From assembly GCA_002633005.1 (NCBI GenBank), contig NMRA01000282.1, forward strand, positions 206,349-270,348: DNA of 64,000 nucleotides, written 5' to 3'. Below, in pieces: positions 50,015 through 62,142 of this stretch. How positions within the stretch are numbered: the first letter of the stretch is position 1; each line of letters opens with the position of its first letter. Below the pieces are notes generated by a model. It was not told the origin of the DNA and searched no databases. It saw nothing but the letters and a program-made list of their open reading frames with translations. The translations under genes were made by a program, and so were the position numbers. The stretch is from Phoronis australis. Taxonomy: Eukaryota > Animalia > Phoronida.

Positions 50015-50853
50015 TCAGATTCATAAACGAACAAGAACTGTGGACAAGCATCAGATTTCATTACTTATGGCCAAAAGGGACAAAATTGAAATAAAATCAG
50101 ATTGGACAGATACGGAATAACTGAGAGCAATTATGTTTTGCTATTTCAGCGGGGCAATGAAGACATGGATAAGAATTACCATATTGTCTTGTCAGGGGAT
50201 AAGAATTTGGAATGTTTAAGGAAATTTGTGTCTGCTGAATGTGGTCTTGATATAAAACATGACTTTATGCCAGTGCGATTCAAAACTGCCCTTCTGACTT
50301 ATTGCGAAGCCAGCAGAAAGGGTAGGGCTGGGACAGTGTCTATCTATAACATGGAAACCAGTGATTCTCTGCAACTCCCATTACAGATAATAGCTGGTAA
50401 TGTTCCGTGCTCTAGTGTATTAAGTTATCAGATGCATAACTGAACAAGAACTGTGGACAAGCATCAGATTTCATTACTTATGGCCAAAAGGGACAAAATG
50501 GAAATAAAATCAGATTGGACACTATACCGAAAAAATAAGTGAGAGCAATTATGAGTCTGTTTTGCTATTTCAGCGGGGCAATGAAGACGTGGATAGGAAT
50601 TACCATATTGTCTTGGCAGGGGATAAGAATTTGGAATGCTTAAGGAAATTTGCCTCTGTTGTATGTGGTCTTGATATAAAACATGACTTAATGTCAGTGC
50701 GATTCAAAACTGCCCTTCTGACTTATTGCGATGCCAGCAGAAAGGGTAGGGCTGGGGCAGTGTCTATCTGTAACATGGAAACCAGTGATTCTCTGCAACT
50801 CCCAGTACAGATAATAGCTGGTAATGTTCCGTGCTCTAGTGTATTAAGTTATC
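50015..50853 (+). repeat. ~413 bp tandem duplication inside the MULE relic
   Basis: Units 50015-50427 and 50428-50853. ORFs 50102 and 50562 encode near-identical peptides. No N at the junction. Confidence 0.92.
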
Positions 50854-51668
50854 GCTCCAGACTATTGCATATTTTTGATGACGGGAATGTATTCTTTTTG
50901 ACACGTATTTGTTCTTCTTCAGAACCTCTTCGGCAAATAATACAGCATGACAAAGCCAGAAATATATTAAATGTTGTTAAGGATTTTGGTTCACATGTCT
51001 TCTCTGTGTAATTATCATGTACTTAATGCTTTTCAGGAATGTGTTAAAACTGACAACAATCTCAAAATGTTCATTCGACCCTTAGAAACAGGGTTCAAGA
51101 CAGTTTTAGAACATGGGATAAAGATATGCATAACTCTTTGGTTGCATCTTTCAAAAACTATATTCAAAATGTAATAACCACTGAGGTAATTCCACAAATT
51201 GTTTAAGATAATATTTGTAAATATTTAGATGAATGATGGTTCTATTGTGATTGGACTAACATGTCAAACATGGTTTAGGGATGTTCATAATCAATTATAA
51301 AATCAATTACATTTTACTGCTTTTAATGACAGACTTGAGGTCCAATGCTTAATTCAGGTTTCCTGTTTTGTGTGATTTTCTGTACCTCAAGAATGTATAC
51401 TAGGAACTATTATTTACTATGCAACTTTCACTCTGTGTGTGTTCAGTCTTTCTTTGTAACCCATCCTCTCTTCCTCTCTTAACCACTATGTATATGTATT
51501 TGGGCATGAATCATTTCTTGGACTTTAACAGATGTATGTATCGTGTAGAACTCAGTTTGATTAAATATATCGAAGCATTAAGACGCTCTCTCTCAGCTCT
51601 CTGGTCAGCACATCAAGCCACCTCATCTAGTTAACCCGCTATTACCCCACATTTTGGATCCCACATTT

Positions 51669-51680
51669 TGGTGCCGTGAC
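51669..51680 (+). promoter_or_regulatory. Primer-binding site complementary to the tRNA-His 3' end
   Basis: tggtgccgtgac just downstream of the 5' LTR, complementary to ...GUCACGGCACCA of eukaryotic tRNA-His. Confidence 0.75.
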
Positions 51681-51681
51681 C

Positions 51682-52575
51682 ATGGACAAGGTAGAGAAGA
51701 TCAAACTCCTCAGAGTCAAGAGAGGGGCACAGAAAGGACAAATAACGCAACTTAAGCACAAGTTGGATACAGCACTGCATGAAGGTGACCATCCAAAAGC
51801 TCGTGCGATTTCACATCTCATCGCCGAAAAACTGCAGACTGTCATCAACATCAACGGCGAACTGCACCCCCTCCTACCGCTAAGTGATATGGAAGCCGAA
51901 ATTGACGCTGATGAAAACTATATCACCGACATTGAGCTGGCCATAGCTCTCATTCCCGAACCTGAACCAATTGCATCACCGCCAACAGTGACTGCTCCAA
52001 CTCCAACCGCAAACAACATTCGCTTGCCGAAACTGGAACTCGCAAAATTTTCGGTTGACTATTTAGATTACCCAACATTCTGGGATATCTTTTATTCGTC
52101 AATTCACAATTCAAAACTGACGGATGTCCAAAAGGTCCAGTACCTGCAATCTACACTGCAGGGTGCTGCCAAGGATGTCATAAGTGGACTGCAAATTACG
52201 GCACCAAACCATCATATGGCTATAAGCCTACTGCAGGAAAGATTCGGCTCGTCGACGAAACTCAAAAGCGAACTGCTAAGAAAAATTTACAGCATGCCCT
52301 CCGCAACAGCCGGACAGTTCAACTCATTTAATGACAAAATTGAGAAACTAATTTGGACACTGATTAACCTGGAGCCACATGAAAACAAGGACCTACTCGT
52401 CCCCGTGATATTGGACAAGTTAAGCCCAGCGATGCGTCAAAACATCGCCAGGCAAAACAAAGGAGACATCAACATGCCACTGGCCACCCTGAGGACTCTA
52501 TTAAAATGCGAAATGAAGATTTGCGAAGCTGGTGATAATGGACCAAAAATTAGAATCCTCACTATGAACTCTTAA
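51682..52575 (+). CDS. BEL/Pao Gag-like protein (DUF1759-type), 297 aa from ATG 51682
   Basis: N-terminal coiled region, then IRLPKLELAKFS..YLDYPTFWDIFYSSIHNSKLTDVQK.QYLQS.L.G.A..VISGL..T..N...A..LLQERFG, which is the typical DUF1759 signature. No CCHC knuckles. Confidence 0.88.
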   Translation: MDKVEKIKLLRVKRGAQKGQITQLKHKLDTALHEGDHPKARAISHLIAEKLQTVININGELHPLLPLSDMEAEIDADENYITDIELAIALIPEPEPIASPPTVTAPTPTANNIRLPKLELAKFSVDYLDYPTFWDIFYSSIHNSKLTDVQKVQYLQSTLQGAAKDVISGLQITAPNHHMAISLLQERFGSSTKLKSELLRKIYSMPSATAGQFNSFNDKIEKLIWTLINLEPHENKDLLVPVILDKLSPAMRQNIARQNKGDINMPLATLRTLLKCEMKICEAGDNGPKIRILTMNS

Positions 52576-53789
52576 ATTCCAACTAAGAATTGTTTCTGCA
52601 TGCTATCGTGACATATCATATACACATTATGCATGCTATGTTTAATACATTTTAATATCATAGTATCATATGTATATTCTATGTTTACGGTTTCTTGTTG
52701 ATATTTAGTATAGAGCATGATTTTATCGAGTTATTCATATTATTGTTGTCTATTCCTGTTTACATAGTAGTTTCACATCTTCTGGGGCGGGGAGAGCTGT
52801 TTCTTTAATTTTTAAGTTTTTCAGCTTGTTTCTGTAATTTTTGGTTTTCACATTTTTCTGGGGCGGGGAACATGTCAAACATGGTTTAGGGATGTTTATA
52901 ATCAATTATAAAATCAATTACATTTTATTGTTTTTAATGACAGACTTGATGTCCAGGTTTCCTGTTTTGTGTGATTTTCTATACCTCAAGAATGTATACT
53001 GAGAACTAGTATTTATTATGCAACTTTCACTCTGTGTGTGTTCAGTCTTTCTTTATAACCTATCCTCTCTTCCCCTCTTAACCACAATGTATATGTATTT
53101 GGGCATGAATCATTTCTTGGAACTTAACAGATGTATGTATCGTGATTAAATATATCGAAGCATCAAGACGCTCTCTATCAGCTCTCTGCTCAGCACATCA
53201 AGCCACCTCATCTAGTTAACCCGCTATTACCCCACATAACATTTGCACATCTTCAGTTATAATCAGTTAAAAATGAGGAAAAAAGAAATCTGCTAATTTT
53301 AACCGACAATATTAATGAAAGAAAATTTAAAGAAATTCAGTAATCTAACCTTCAGGGAAAATACAATAGAAAAATGAGTCAAACTGTAACTAAGTTTTGT
53401 CTTGGCTTGTCACTCATGAACCAATTCATATATTTGAATCCAAAAGAGAACCCAAAAAATAACAAAGAAAACAAACATCATGAGTACAATTTCTCGGTCT
53501 TTTGTCAATATAAGCAGTCTAAACCCTGTTTCTGATGGTTGGTTTTTAGTTACTTCCAACACTTCTGCTAGTCAAAAAAGTCAATGATATTTCAAATTGT
53601 GTCCTTTCAAATGACACCTGTAGCGATGATGATTTGAATAACATTTTGGATGACATCAATATTTTATACACTTCAAACAAAAATGTCTTAACTAAATTTG
53701 ACTCGTTAAATTCTCAATTTAGTGTTGCTGAACACCCTTACTCTGTCCATGCTGGTGTGTCTTGCATTCAGGTAAATCTCATTCAAGAN

Positions 53790-55759
53790 ACTGCAGACTG
53801 TCATCAACATCAACGGCGAACTGCACCCCCTCCTACCGCTAAGTGATATGGAAGCCGAAATTGACGCTGATGAAAACTATATCACCGACATTGAGCTGGC
53901 CATAGCTCTCATTCCCGAACCTGAACCAATTGCATCACCGCCAACAGTGACTGCTCCAACTCCAACCGCAAACAACATTCGCTTGCCGAAACTGGAACTC
54001 GCAAAATTTTCGGTTGACTATTTAGATTACCCAACATTCTGGGATATCTTTTATTCGTCAATTCACAATTCAAAACTGACGGATGTCCAAAAGTTCCAGT
54101 ACCTGCAATCTACACTGCAGGGTGCTGCCAAGGATGTCATAAGTGGACTGCAAATTACGGCAGCAAACTATCATATGGCTATAAGTCTACTGCAGGAAAG
54201 ATTCGGCTCGCCGACGGAACTCAAAAGCGAACTGCTAAGAAAAATTTACAGCATGCCCCCCGCAACAGCCGGACAGTTCAACTCATTTAATGACAAAATT
54301 GAGAAACTAATTTGGACCCTGATTAACCTGGAGCCACATGAAAACAAGGACCTACTCGTCCCCGTGATATTGGACAAGTTAAGCCCAGCGATGCGTCAAA
54401 ACATCGCCAGGCAAAACAAAGGAGACATCAACATGCCGCTGGCCACACTGAGGACTCTATTAAAAACCGAAATGAAGATTTGCGAAGCTGGTAATAATGG
54501 ACCAAAAATTAGAATCCTCACTATGAACTCTTAAACTCCAACTAAGAATTGTTTCTGCATGCTATCATGACATATCATATACACATTATGCATGCTATGT
54601 TTAATATATTTTAATATCATAGTATCATATGTATATTCTATGTTTACGGTTTCTTGTTCATATTTAGTATAGAGCATGATTTTATCGAGTTATTCATATT
54701 ATTGTTGTCTATTCCTGTTTACATAGTAGTTTCACATCTTCTGGGACGGGGAGAGCTGTTTGTTTAATTTTTAAGTTTTTCAGCTTGTTTCTGTAATTTT
54801 TGGTTTTCACATTTTTCTGGGGCGAGGAACATGTCAAACATGGTTTAGGGATGTTTATAATCAATTATAAAATCAATTACATTTTATTGTTTTTAATGAC
54901 AGACTTGATGTCCAGGTTTCCTGGTTTGTGTGATTTTCTATACCTCAAGAATGTATACTGAGAACTAGTATTTATTATGCAACTTTCACTCTGTGTGTGT
55001 TCAGTCTTTCTTTAAAACCTATCCTCTCTTCCCCTCTTAACCACAATGTATATGTATTTGGGCATGAATCATTTCTTGGAACTTAACAGATGTATGTATC
55101 GTGTAGAACTCAGTTTGATTAAATATATCGTAGCATCAAGACGCTCTCTATCAGCTCTCTGGTCAGCACATCAAGCCACCTCTTAAGTTAAACCGCTATT
55201 ACCCCACATAACATTTGCACATCTTCAGTTATAATCACTTAAAGATGAGGAAAAAGAAATCTGCTAATTGTAACCGACAATATTAATGAAAGAAAATTTA
55301 AAGAAATTCAGTAATCTAACCTTCAGGGAAAATGCAATAGAAAAATGAGTCAAACTGTAACTAAGTTTTGTCTTGGCTTCTCACTCATGAACCAATTCAT
55401 ATATTTGAATCCAAAAGAGAACCCAAAAAATAACAAAGAAAACAAACATCATGAGTACAATTTCTCGGTCTTTTGTCAATATAAGCAGTCTAAACCCTGT
55501 TTCTGATGGTTGGTTTTTAGTTACTTCCAACACTTCTGCAAGTCAAAAAAGTCAATGATATTTCAAATTGTGTCCTTTCAAATGACACCTGTAGCGATGA
55601 TGATTTGAATAACATTTTGGATGACATCAATATTTTATACACTTCAAACAAAAATGTCTTAACTAAATTTGACTCGTTAAATTCTCAATTTAGTGTTGCT
55701 GAACACCCTTACTCTGTCCATGCTGGTGTGTCTTGCATTCAGGTAAATCTCATTCAAGA
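53790..55759 (+). repeat. Second copy of 51831-53788 (gag 3' part, 3' LTR 54832-55208, flank) after a single-N join; probable alternate haplotype
   Basis: N at 53789. ORF 53848-54534 is near-identical to gag. The same downstream flank (TAACA...) follows the LTR. Confidence 0.9.
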
Positions 55760-57218
55760 TTTTCTCATATTTAACCATAATAAAACAAAAGAATTCATTC
55801 CCCAACACTGTCAACATCAGTTGGGGGGAGATGAACACATCTGCAATATCGATCTGTGTACTTGCACATGTGTAGCATTTATAACTGCTGGACAACCGTA
55901 TTTTTGTAAATATTTATTTGCCATTCTAGGTTCAAAATTCCAAGAAAGAAACTCCAGTAAACTAACCTTTTTAAATTATATATGGACACAGTGCCAACAA
56001 TTCCTGACTACCTAAGTCAATATGCTACAATACAGCGTAGTGGTGAGACTAATGTCTTTAATTATGTGGATGCATATTTGTCCTTCTCACATCCTATTAT
56101 AACTGAAGAAACAGAAAACTTGATTGAAAGTGGAACCCTCCTCCACGTTTTACATTCTACCTATAGATGCAGTAATGCTAGCTGTGGTCGCCCAGCTTCA
56201 GAAGCCCAACATAGACTTGGTTATAGACGAAAGGGTTGACTTCTTCAAGAGATGAAACCTCTTATAGAGAAAACTGACGAATATTTTGATCCCTATCACC
56301 CGAACGTTCCAAAATATGACAAATCAAATGAGACTCATTGTGGAAGAAAAATGATCAGGCCAGCTAAAAGAAAAAAAGATTTAACAGAAGTGTTAGAACT
56401 TCGAATTAAATCTTTTGGAAACACCATACTTAAATCAAAAAAGCAGAAAACAGTCACTGAGTGTAGCACTTTCTTTTCCAATGAAAATTTTGATGTAGTT
56501 ATTGAGTTTGAAACTGAATCAACTTCAAGTAGTCACCACACAACTGTCAAAAAACAAAAAATAAAAAGAAAAGTACACAAATTAATGAACCAAATCACCT
56601 GACAGCTGGTGTATTTTGGAGGGAGTTGCTAAACTACTTTATTTCATAATTAATGATTCATCACTAGATCCTTACATTCAGCAAAAACATACGCAAAGAA
56701 GATGTGGAATATGTTACAATGAAGGACTTAATTTTACCTTTAAAGGTTATCGGCAATTTAGCAGGCATCTCCAAGAGCATCAAAGGGCGTCACCAACTTT
56801 TGCTGAAAAAGATGCTTGCCTTTCCAAATAAGAAATGTTATCAAAAGAAAATTTGGGTAAGTTGTTAGATTATAAAAAACATGGTTTGGCTAACATAGCT
56901 AAACGAAATCTCAACAAAAAAATCAAAGTCTGAATTCAAGAACTCTGCTTTTAAAAACACAGCTCAAGATTTCTTCAGTGAGTTCTGTCCCATGTGTAAT
57001 ACTGCATGTTTGTATGTAAATAAATCAGAAGTATGCCTTTATTATTTACAAGGACATTATTAAACAAATTTGGATTTTTGGAGGTACTTATTTGGGATAG
57101 TGTATTTTTGCACATTCAAGTACAGCGGAGAAATATTACTGTCAAGCGGCTCCAACCAACAACCCGTTTCCATCATTAATCGCAGTCTCATGTATCAATT
57201 GACTTAGTTTTTGAAATC

Positions 57219-57410
57219 ATGGCGTATGAAGTTGGCAGCAAGGTCAAAGCAATAGATGAACTGGGTGTGTGGTGCGTTGCAGTGGTCAGAGAATCTGGCC
57301 ACAGTGGTTTGGTCGTAAGCTTTCTTAGCTGGAACACAGATTGAGACCGGGAGGTGCAAGTGGATGAAATCAGACTGCCTATGCTTCAGTTACAGGAACG
57401 ACAGAGACGC
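57219..57410 (+). pseudogene. Tudor/chromo-barrel (Royal family)-like domain exon with one in-frame stop
   Basis: Manual translation MAYEVGSKVKAIDELGVWCVAVVRESGHSGLVVSFLSWNTD*DREVQVDEIRLP matches the VG.KV.A.D..G.W..A.V....V.F..W...D pattern. Not present in the ORF track. Confidence 0.55.
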
Positions 57411-58928
57411 AAATATTACTTACTCGCACTCTATTTGGTTATTTTATTCTAATTGTTATTGACATTTTGTAAGGCAACACTGCATTTTACCAGTACCCAA
57501 AATGCTTATGGTAATACGAAGTACGTCCTTTGATCAAGTCCAGTGGTTGTACCCGTTCGCTTAACAGTTAGCAGATACTTAAATATCAATCACTCGTAGT
57601 AGTTTGTTTGGCTGAGTGCCAATATGTCTATCCTCGTGCTCAAGCCATAAGACACATGCCTTTCGGTTAATTATCACAACCTTACCACCAAATCACGTGC
57701 CCTCAACTAGCCCAACCAAAAATTTGCATGTACTCGGGCAGTTGTAAATCCTTAGTCTTTGCCCTGGTCGGTTGAAAGTCGTAGTTTATTTTAAGGAGAG
57801 CTTTCACCAGCCATGTAAATGAATACTGAAAGCGAAAGTAAATACTGTAGTTTTATGATGGAAGTAATGTCACAAATTTGGCTTGGCTTACTCTTATTGT
57901 TAGTGGTTGTGGTACATGTTGATAACCACCCTTATAATCATTTTCCCAACTGTTGGCTTCTCTGTAGGTAATCGTAGGTTGTGATCCCTGATGAGAATCA
58001 GAAGACCTCAGTTGATTTTGCTGGCACCAAATGTCATGGCTTATTACTCTGTGTGTAAGCGAAGAGTGTAGAGTATGTAGCGCCATCTGTTGTTCAGCAT
58101 AGACGTTGCATTAGCATGGATTATTGTTAATAAATAGTTCCTGTTTCCATTCATCAATGGTGACACAACCAAAAATGTCCACTTGTAAATACAAGTGACC
58201 ACAAAATTTCCACACATACTTTCCAATTTCCGCTCAAAATCAGTTTCAACAAGCTGATCCATAATGGTAGAGTGTTTGCGTATGATGAAGAGAACGATAT
58301 GGTAAAAATTAAATTTCCAGTGTCACATACTTTCCAATTTCCGCTCATATTTACAACCTTGCACCCGTATTCTCCAATATCCCGTCCGTAGTTACTGAAA
58401 AAAAAACCCGCCAACAACCTCTCGGCAGCACTCTTATTCCCCAACTTTTTCCACTCTTATTCATGGCTGTGTACTCGTATAACTTGAGGAATACGAGTGG
58501 CTTGTACGAGTAATACCAGTGTCACCCAATTTCCTCTCAAATTTTCTCCACTCGAATTTATGGCATCGGCAAGGCTAGAGATCTTCAGATGTGACCAAAT
58601 ATCTACTAAAAATAGCTAATTGTTAAAAAGAATACTGAACCCAGTTCTGGTGATTTTAATCAAAAGTTTATTTTTTTCTTGTCACAGCTATAGCATATTT
58701 TCCAACTATCATAAACGGGAAAAGCAGTGAATAGCTTCAAAACGTTTTTGTGGTGTCGCAAAACAGGTGTTTTGGTTTGGGAATTATCAATCTTGCTCCA
58801 AACTTTTAGAGGCGTATCTGTGTATCAGTGTCAATGTATTTCAAAGGTATGGTGGTCAAACGGTAACCAGTATCTGTTAACAGGCTAGATCTGGATTTAG
58901 TGTCCCTTTAAAAGACGTGACGTAGTGT

Positions 58929-59526
58929 GTGGGCTTTTCAAAAAATGGAGTCCTGCCTGGGAACGAGAAACATTCCAAGAAAAGACAGAGCCCATTGCAA
59001 AAGCTAATGTGTGGTGACGTTGTTCTTGTGGACGGAGAAGACAGTGTTGTGAAGACGGTCGACCAATTCAAAGAGGAAGAAACTCTTGAATGTGGTTCGA
59101 TTGTCTCATTTAGCGATGCGAAGTTTAAAGGTATTGTACATGGTTATTATTATTGCAATATTTTGTCATGTCGACATGTGTAGGAGGCTGGATGTAAAGC
59201 TTTCATGAAGCAGAAAGTTGCCCATTTTTCTAACTTCAGACGTAAGCTTAAAGTATGTCCTGAGTGGTTGCAGTTTTGCAGATTACCCTTCCTTGTGGTT
59301 ACATTCTTGGAGAAAGTGGTATGATTGATGCTACTTTTGTTTCTTAACTTTAACGCTGTCTTTGTGGTCAAGATTCTACTTTTTACATTTTATCATTTAT
59401 CTCAAATCTATTCTCGTAGTGTTATCTGAAGAATTCACCACTCGGAAAAAACGTCGACGCACGCAGATAGTGAACCCTGTCGCTATGCCAGCTCTCCGGA
59501 GTGTTATTGCAGAAATTGTAGAAGAG
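58929..59526 (+). CDS. Two putative spliced coding exons (~58929-59130 and 59420-59526) of an unidentified gene or pseudogene
   Basis: Donor aaag|gtattg (59131) and acceptor ttctcgtag| (59419) are phase-compatible, giving ...DAKFK-VLSEEFTTRKKRRRTQ...EIVEE. This is followed by the strong donor gag|gtgagt (59527). Confidence 0.45.
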
Positions 59527-59557
59527 GTGAGTCTTGGTATCTTTTTGGCGTTTTGAA

Positions 59558-62142
59558 GAATTTTGCTGTATCCATGAAAACCATTGACTTTACATATATT
59601 CTAATTAAATTATAAAACAGTGAATTTTTTAAGCGGGTGATTTCTCATTTTTTTGTACCCACAAAGTGTAAGGACAATACATACGCTTTTTCATGCTGTC
59701 TAGAGAAAACCCGTCATTTTGTATTGTTAAGGATTCCTTAACATGGAGAAAATACGAGACCCCGTTTAAATGTAAAAAACCATTCATCAGAACTTAGATG
59801 CCATGTACCAAAAAACAGTGTTTTTTAAACTTTCTGTTTTCAGTTTTACTAGTTTTGTACGCAACAATGACACCTCAGCACATTTGCAAATGATAGAAAA
59901 AAGGCGCATGACATAACAGCAACCAACACAGATCAGAAAGATAACTGGTAAAATTTCCATTTATGAAAAAAATAATGATTCCAAAGTTTCCGACATTTGT
60001 TCCATGACGACATAGGGTGTGATATTTGAGCGATGGACTGAAATGATTTGAACATGTGTCCTTATATTTTTTAATTTGTTAATTGGATCCAGAAATTGAT
60101 CTTACTTTTACCAAGAGTGGTGAATAAAAAAGCACTTTATGGGATTAAGCTCACAAAATAAATCTCATATTTTGCCCTGTTCAATTGATAGAACAAGTAT
60201 ACAGACCCAGGTCATCGACCTTTTGGCCGACGTACGGGCCGGAAAAAGAGAGCTCCCTACCCCGGAGGAGCTAGTTTCCCTATTTATGAGAGGGGACCTA
60301 ACCTTGGGAGGGGTCACCGAGCAAGTCAGAGCTCGCCGTTTCCTCCTGTTGGAGGTGTTTAAGGAGGCTACCCGGAGGGGATTGACAGATTATGTGGCAA
60401 GGTTGAGGCGAGTCTCCGTGGCCTTGGTGGGACCAGAATGGACCCAGGGAGAGTTAATCGAAGTGTCCCACGCCCGACCTCTGCTGGTGGACGCCGGATT
60501 GGCTGCTCCTCAAGTGGTGAGGGTTACCTTACCCCCTTCGCCACCAAGCCGGACCACTGAGGAAGGTGTTGAAGCGCCCCCGTTGGTGACATTGTACTCC
60601 CGCACGGGTTCCACAGATCAGAAGACCCAGAGCCTGAAGACCACGGTGTATTGTATCATACAAAAGTTACATTTAAAACAAAAATTAAACTGAACATCCA
60701 TTCTGTAAGAATGCTCGGTAAGTTTTGACTCACCACTGTACAGATATGTAGCACTACTTCACCCTACTCCATGCCCTGAATTTTGCTGTATCCATGGAAA
60801 CCATTGACTTTATATATATTCTAATTATATTATAAAACAGTGAATTTTTTTAAGCGGGTGACTTCTCGTTTTTTGTACCCACAAAGTGTAAGGACCATAC
60901 ATACGCTTTTTCATGCTGTCTAGAGAAGACCCGTCATTTTGTATTGTTAAGGGATTCCTTAACATGGGGAAAATAAAAGACCCTGTTTAAATGTAAAAAA
61001 CCATTCACCAGAACTTAGATGCCATGTACCAAAAAACAGTGTTTTTTTAAACTTTCTGTTTTCAGTTTTACTAGTTAAGTTGTACGCAACAATGAAAGGA
61101 ATGGCCTAAAGGCCAGGCAGCATGTTCCTGGCCTTATTGTCAGACCTAACAAGGTTTCTTAACGTACAATTTGTTTTATCTTGATGTTGTAGTCTAAAAT
61201 TGCAAGTATTTCCAAGTAACAACAGCTCCCCTTATCCAGCAAACTGAGGATACTTCATGTGTATATGCATTGGGCAAAATCCATTGCGGTTTTGCTGCAA
61301 GGTAAGTCCAGTTTTTTTATAGGCATGATCAGCAGCGCTCGACGCAGCCGGAAATCTCTGGTCGTAAATACAGCTACCACAAAAATTCAGTCGTATTTCT
61401 CAATTTTCTGGCGTAATTACAAGTGCCCCCAAAATTTTAAGTCCTATTTGCGAATTTGTCAAGCCTACTCATTGAGCTCTATTCCAATTTTAAAAATATT
61501 TTTGTTTCATTTGAACTTAAAAGGTAACTATTTGTTTCCTACTTAGGTGAATAGTTGTATAGCAATGAGCGATGGATGGCTGGACTTAGATTTTAAAGTT
61601 CAGTTGCCCGTGAACAGACTACGGCGATATAGCAAAGACGTCAACAGAGACACCTCAGCACATTTGCAAATGATAGAAAAAAAGGCGCATGACATAACAG
61701 CAACCAACACATGTCAGAAAGATAACAGGTAAAATTTCCATTTATGAAACAAATGATGATTCCAAAGTTTCCGACATTTGTTCCATGACGACATAGGGTG
61801 TGATATTTGAGTGATGGACTGAAATGATTTGAACATGTGTCCTTATATTTTTTAATTTGTTAACTGGATCTAGAAATTGATCTTACTTTTACCAAGAGTG
61901 GTGAATAAAAAAGCACTTTATCGGATTAAGCTCACAAAATCGATCTCACATTTCGCCCCATTCAATTGATAGAACTGACGGTCATCCCTTGTGGGCTCAG
62001 AATTTTACCACGGTGTATTGTATCATACAAATTACGTTTAAAACAAAAATTAAACTGAACTTCCATTCTGTATGAATGCTCGGTGCATTTTGATTCACTA
62101 CTGTACAAATATGTAGCACTACTTCACCCTACTCCATACCCC
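59558..62142. repeat. Diverged tandem duplication (59558-60777 / 60778-62142), each copy with a private segment
   Basis: Both start gaattttgctgtatccatg and end cactacttcaccctactccat. Copy 1 alone has ~60195-60639; copy 2 alone has ~61096-61650. No N at the junction. Confidence 0.9.

Larger units (their letters stand above)
51262..53236 (+). mobile_element. Gag-only BEL/Pao LTR retroelement (1975 bp) with a 5-bp TSD
   Basis: 5' LTR 51262-51651 and 3' LTR 52873-53236 (both TG...CA), TSD TAACA on both sides, PBS, PPT ggggcggggaa (52860-52870), a single gag ORF, and no pol. Confidence 0.92.
49890..56831 (+). pseudogene. Decayed Mutator-like (MULE) DDE transposase with SWIM finger and C-terminal C2H2-like finger, interrupted by an LTR element
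   Basis: GLDIKHD..RFKTALLTY..G.AG.VSI.NMET..SL (first-Asp block), IIQHDK (second Asp), LCNYHV (CxxH, 51004-51021), SWIM-like CTCTCVAF..GQPYFCKYLFAI (~55857-55925) and CGIC..RHLQEH (~56703-56780). Many stops and frameshifts. Element ends not identified. Confidence 0.6.

Noticed and set aside
53790-55208. Tandem LTR-gag-LTR-gag-LTR array
   Set aside because: The second copy starts mid-gag at a single N and repeats the same downstream flank. It is best explained as an alternate haplotype, not a shared-LTR tandem.
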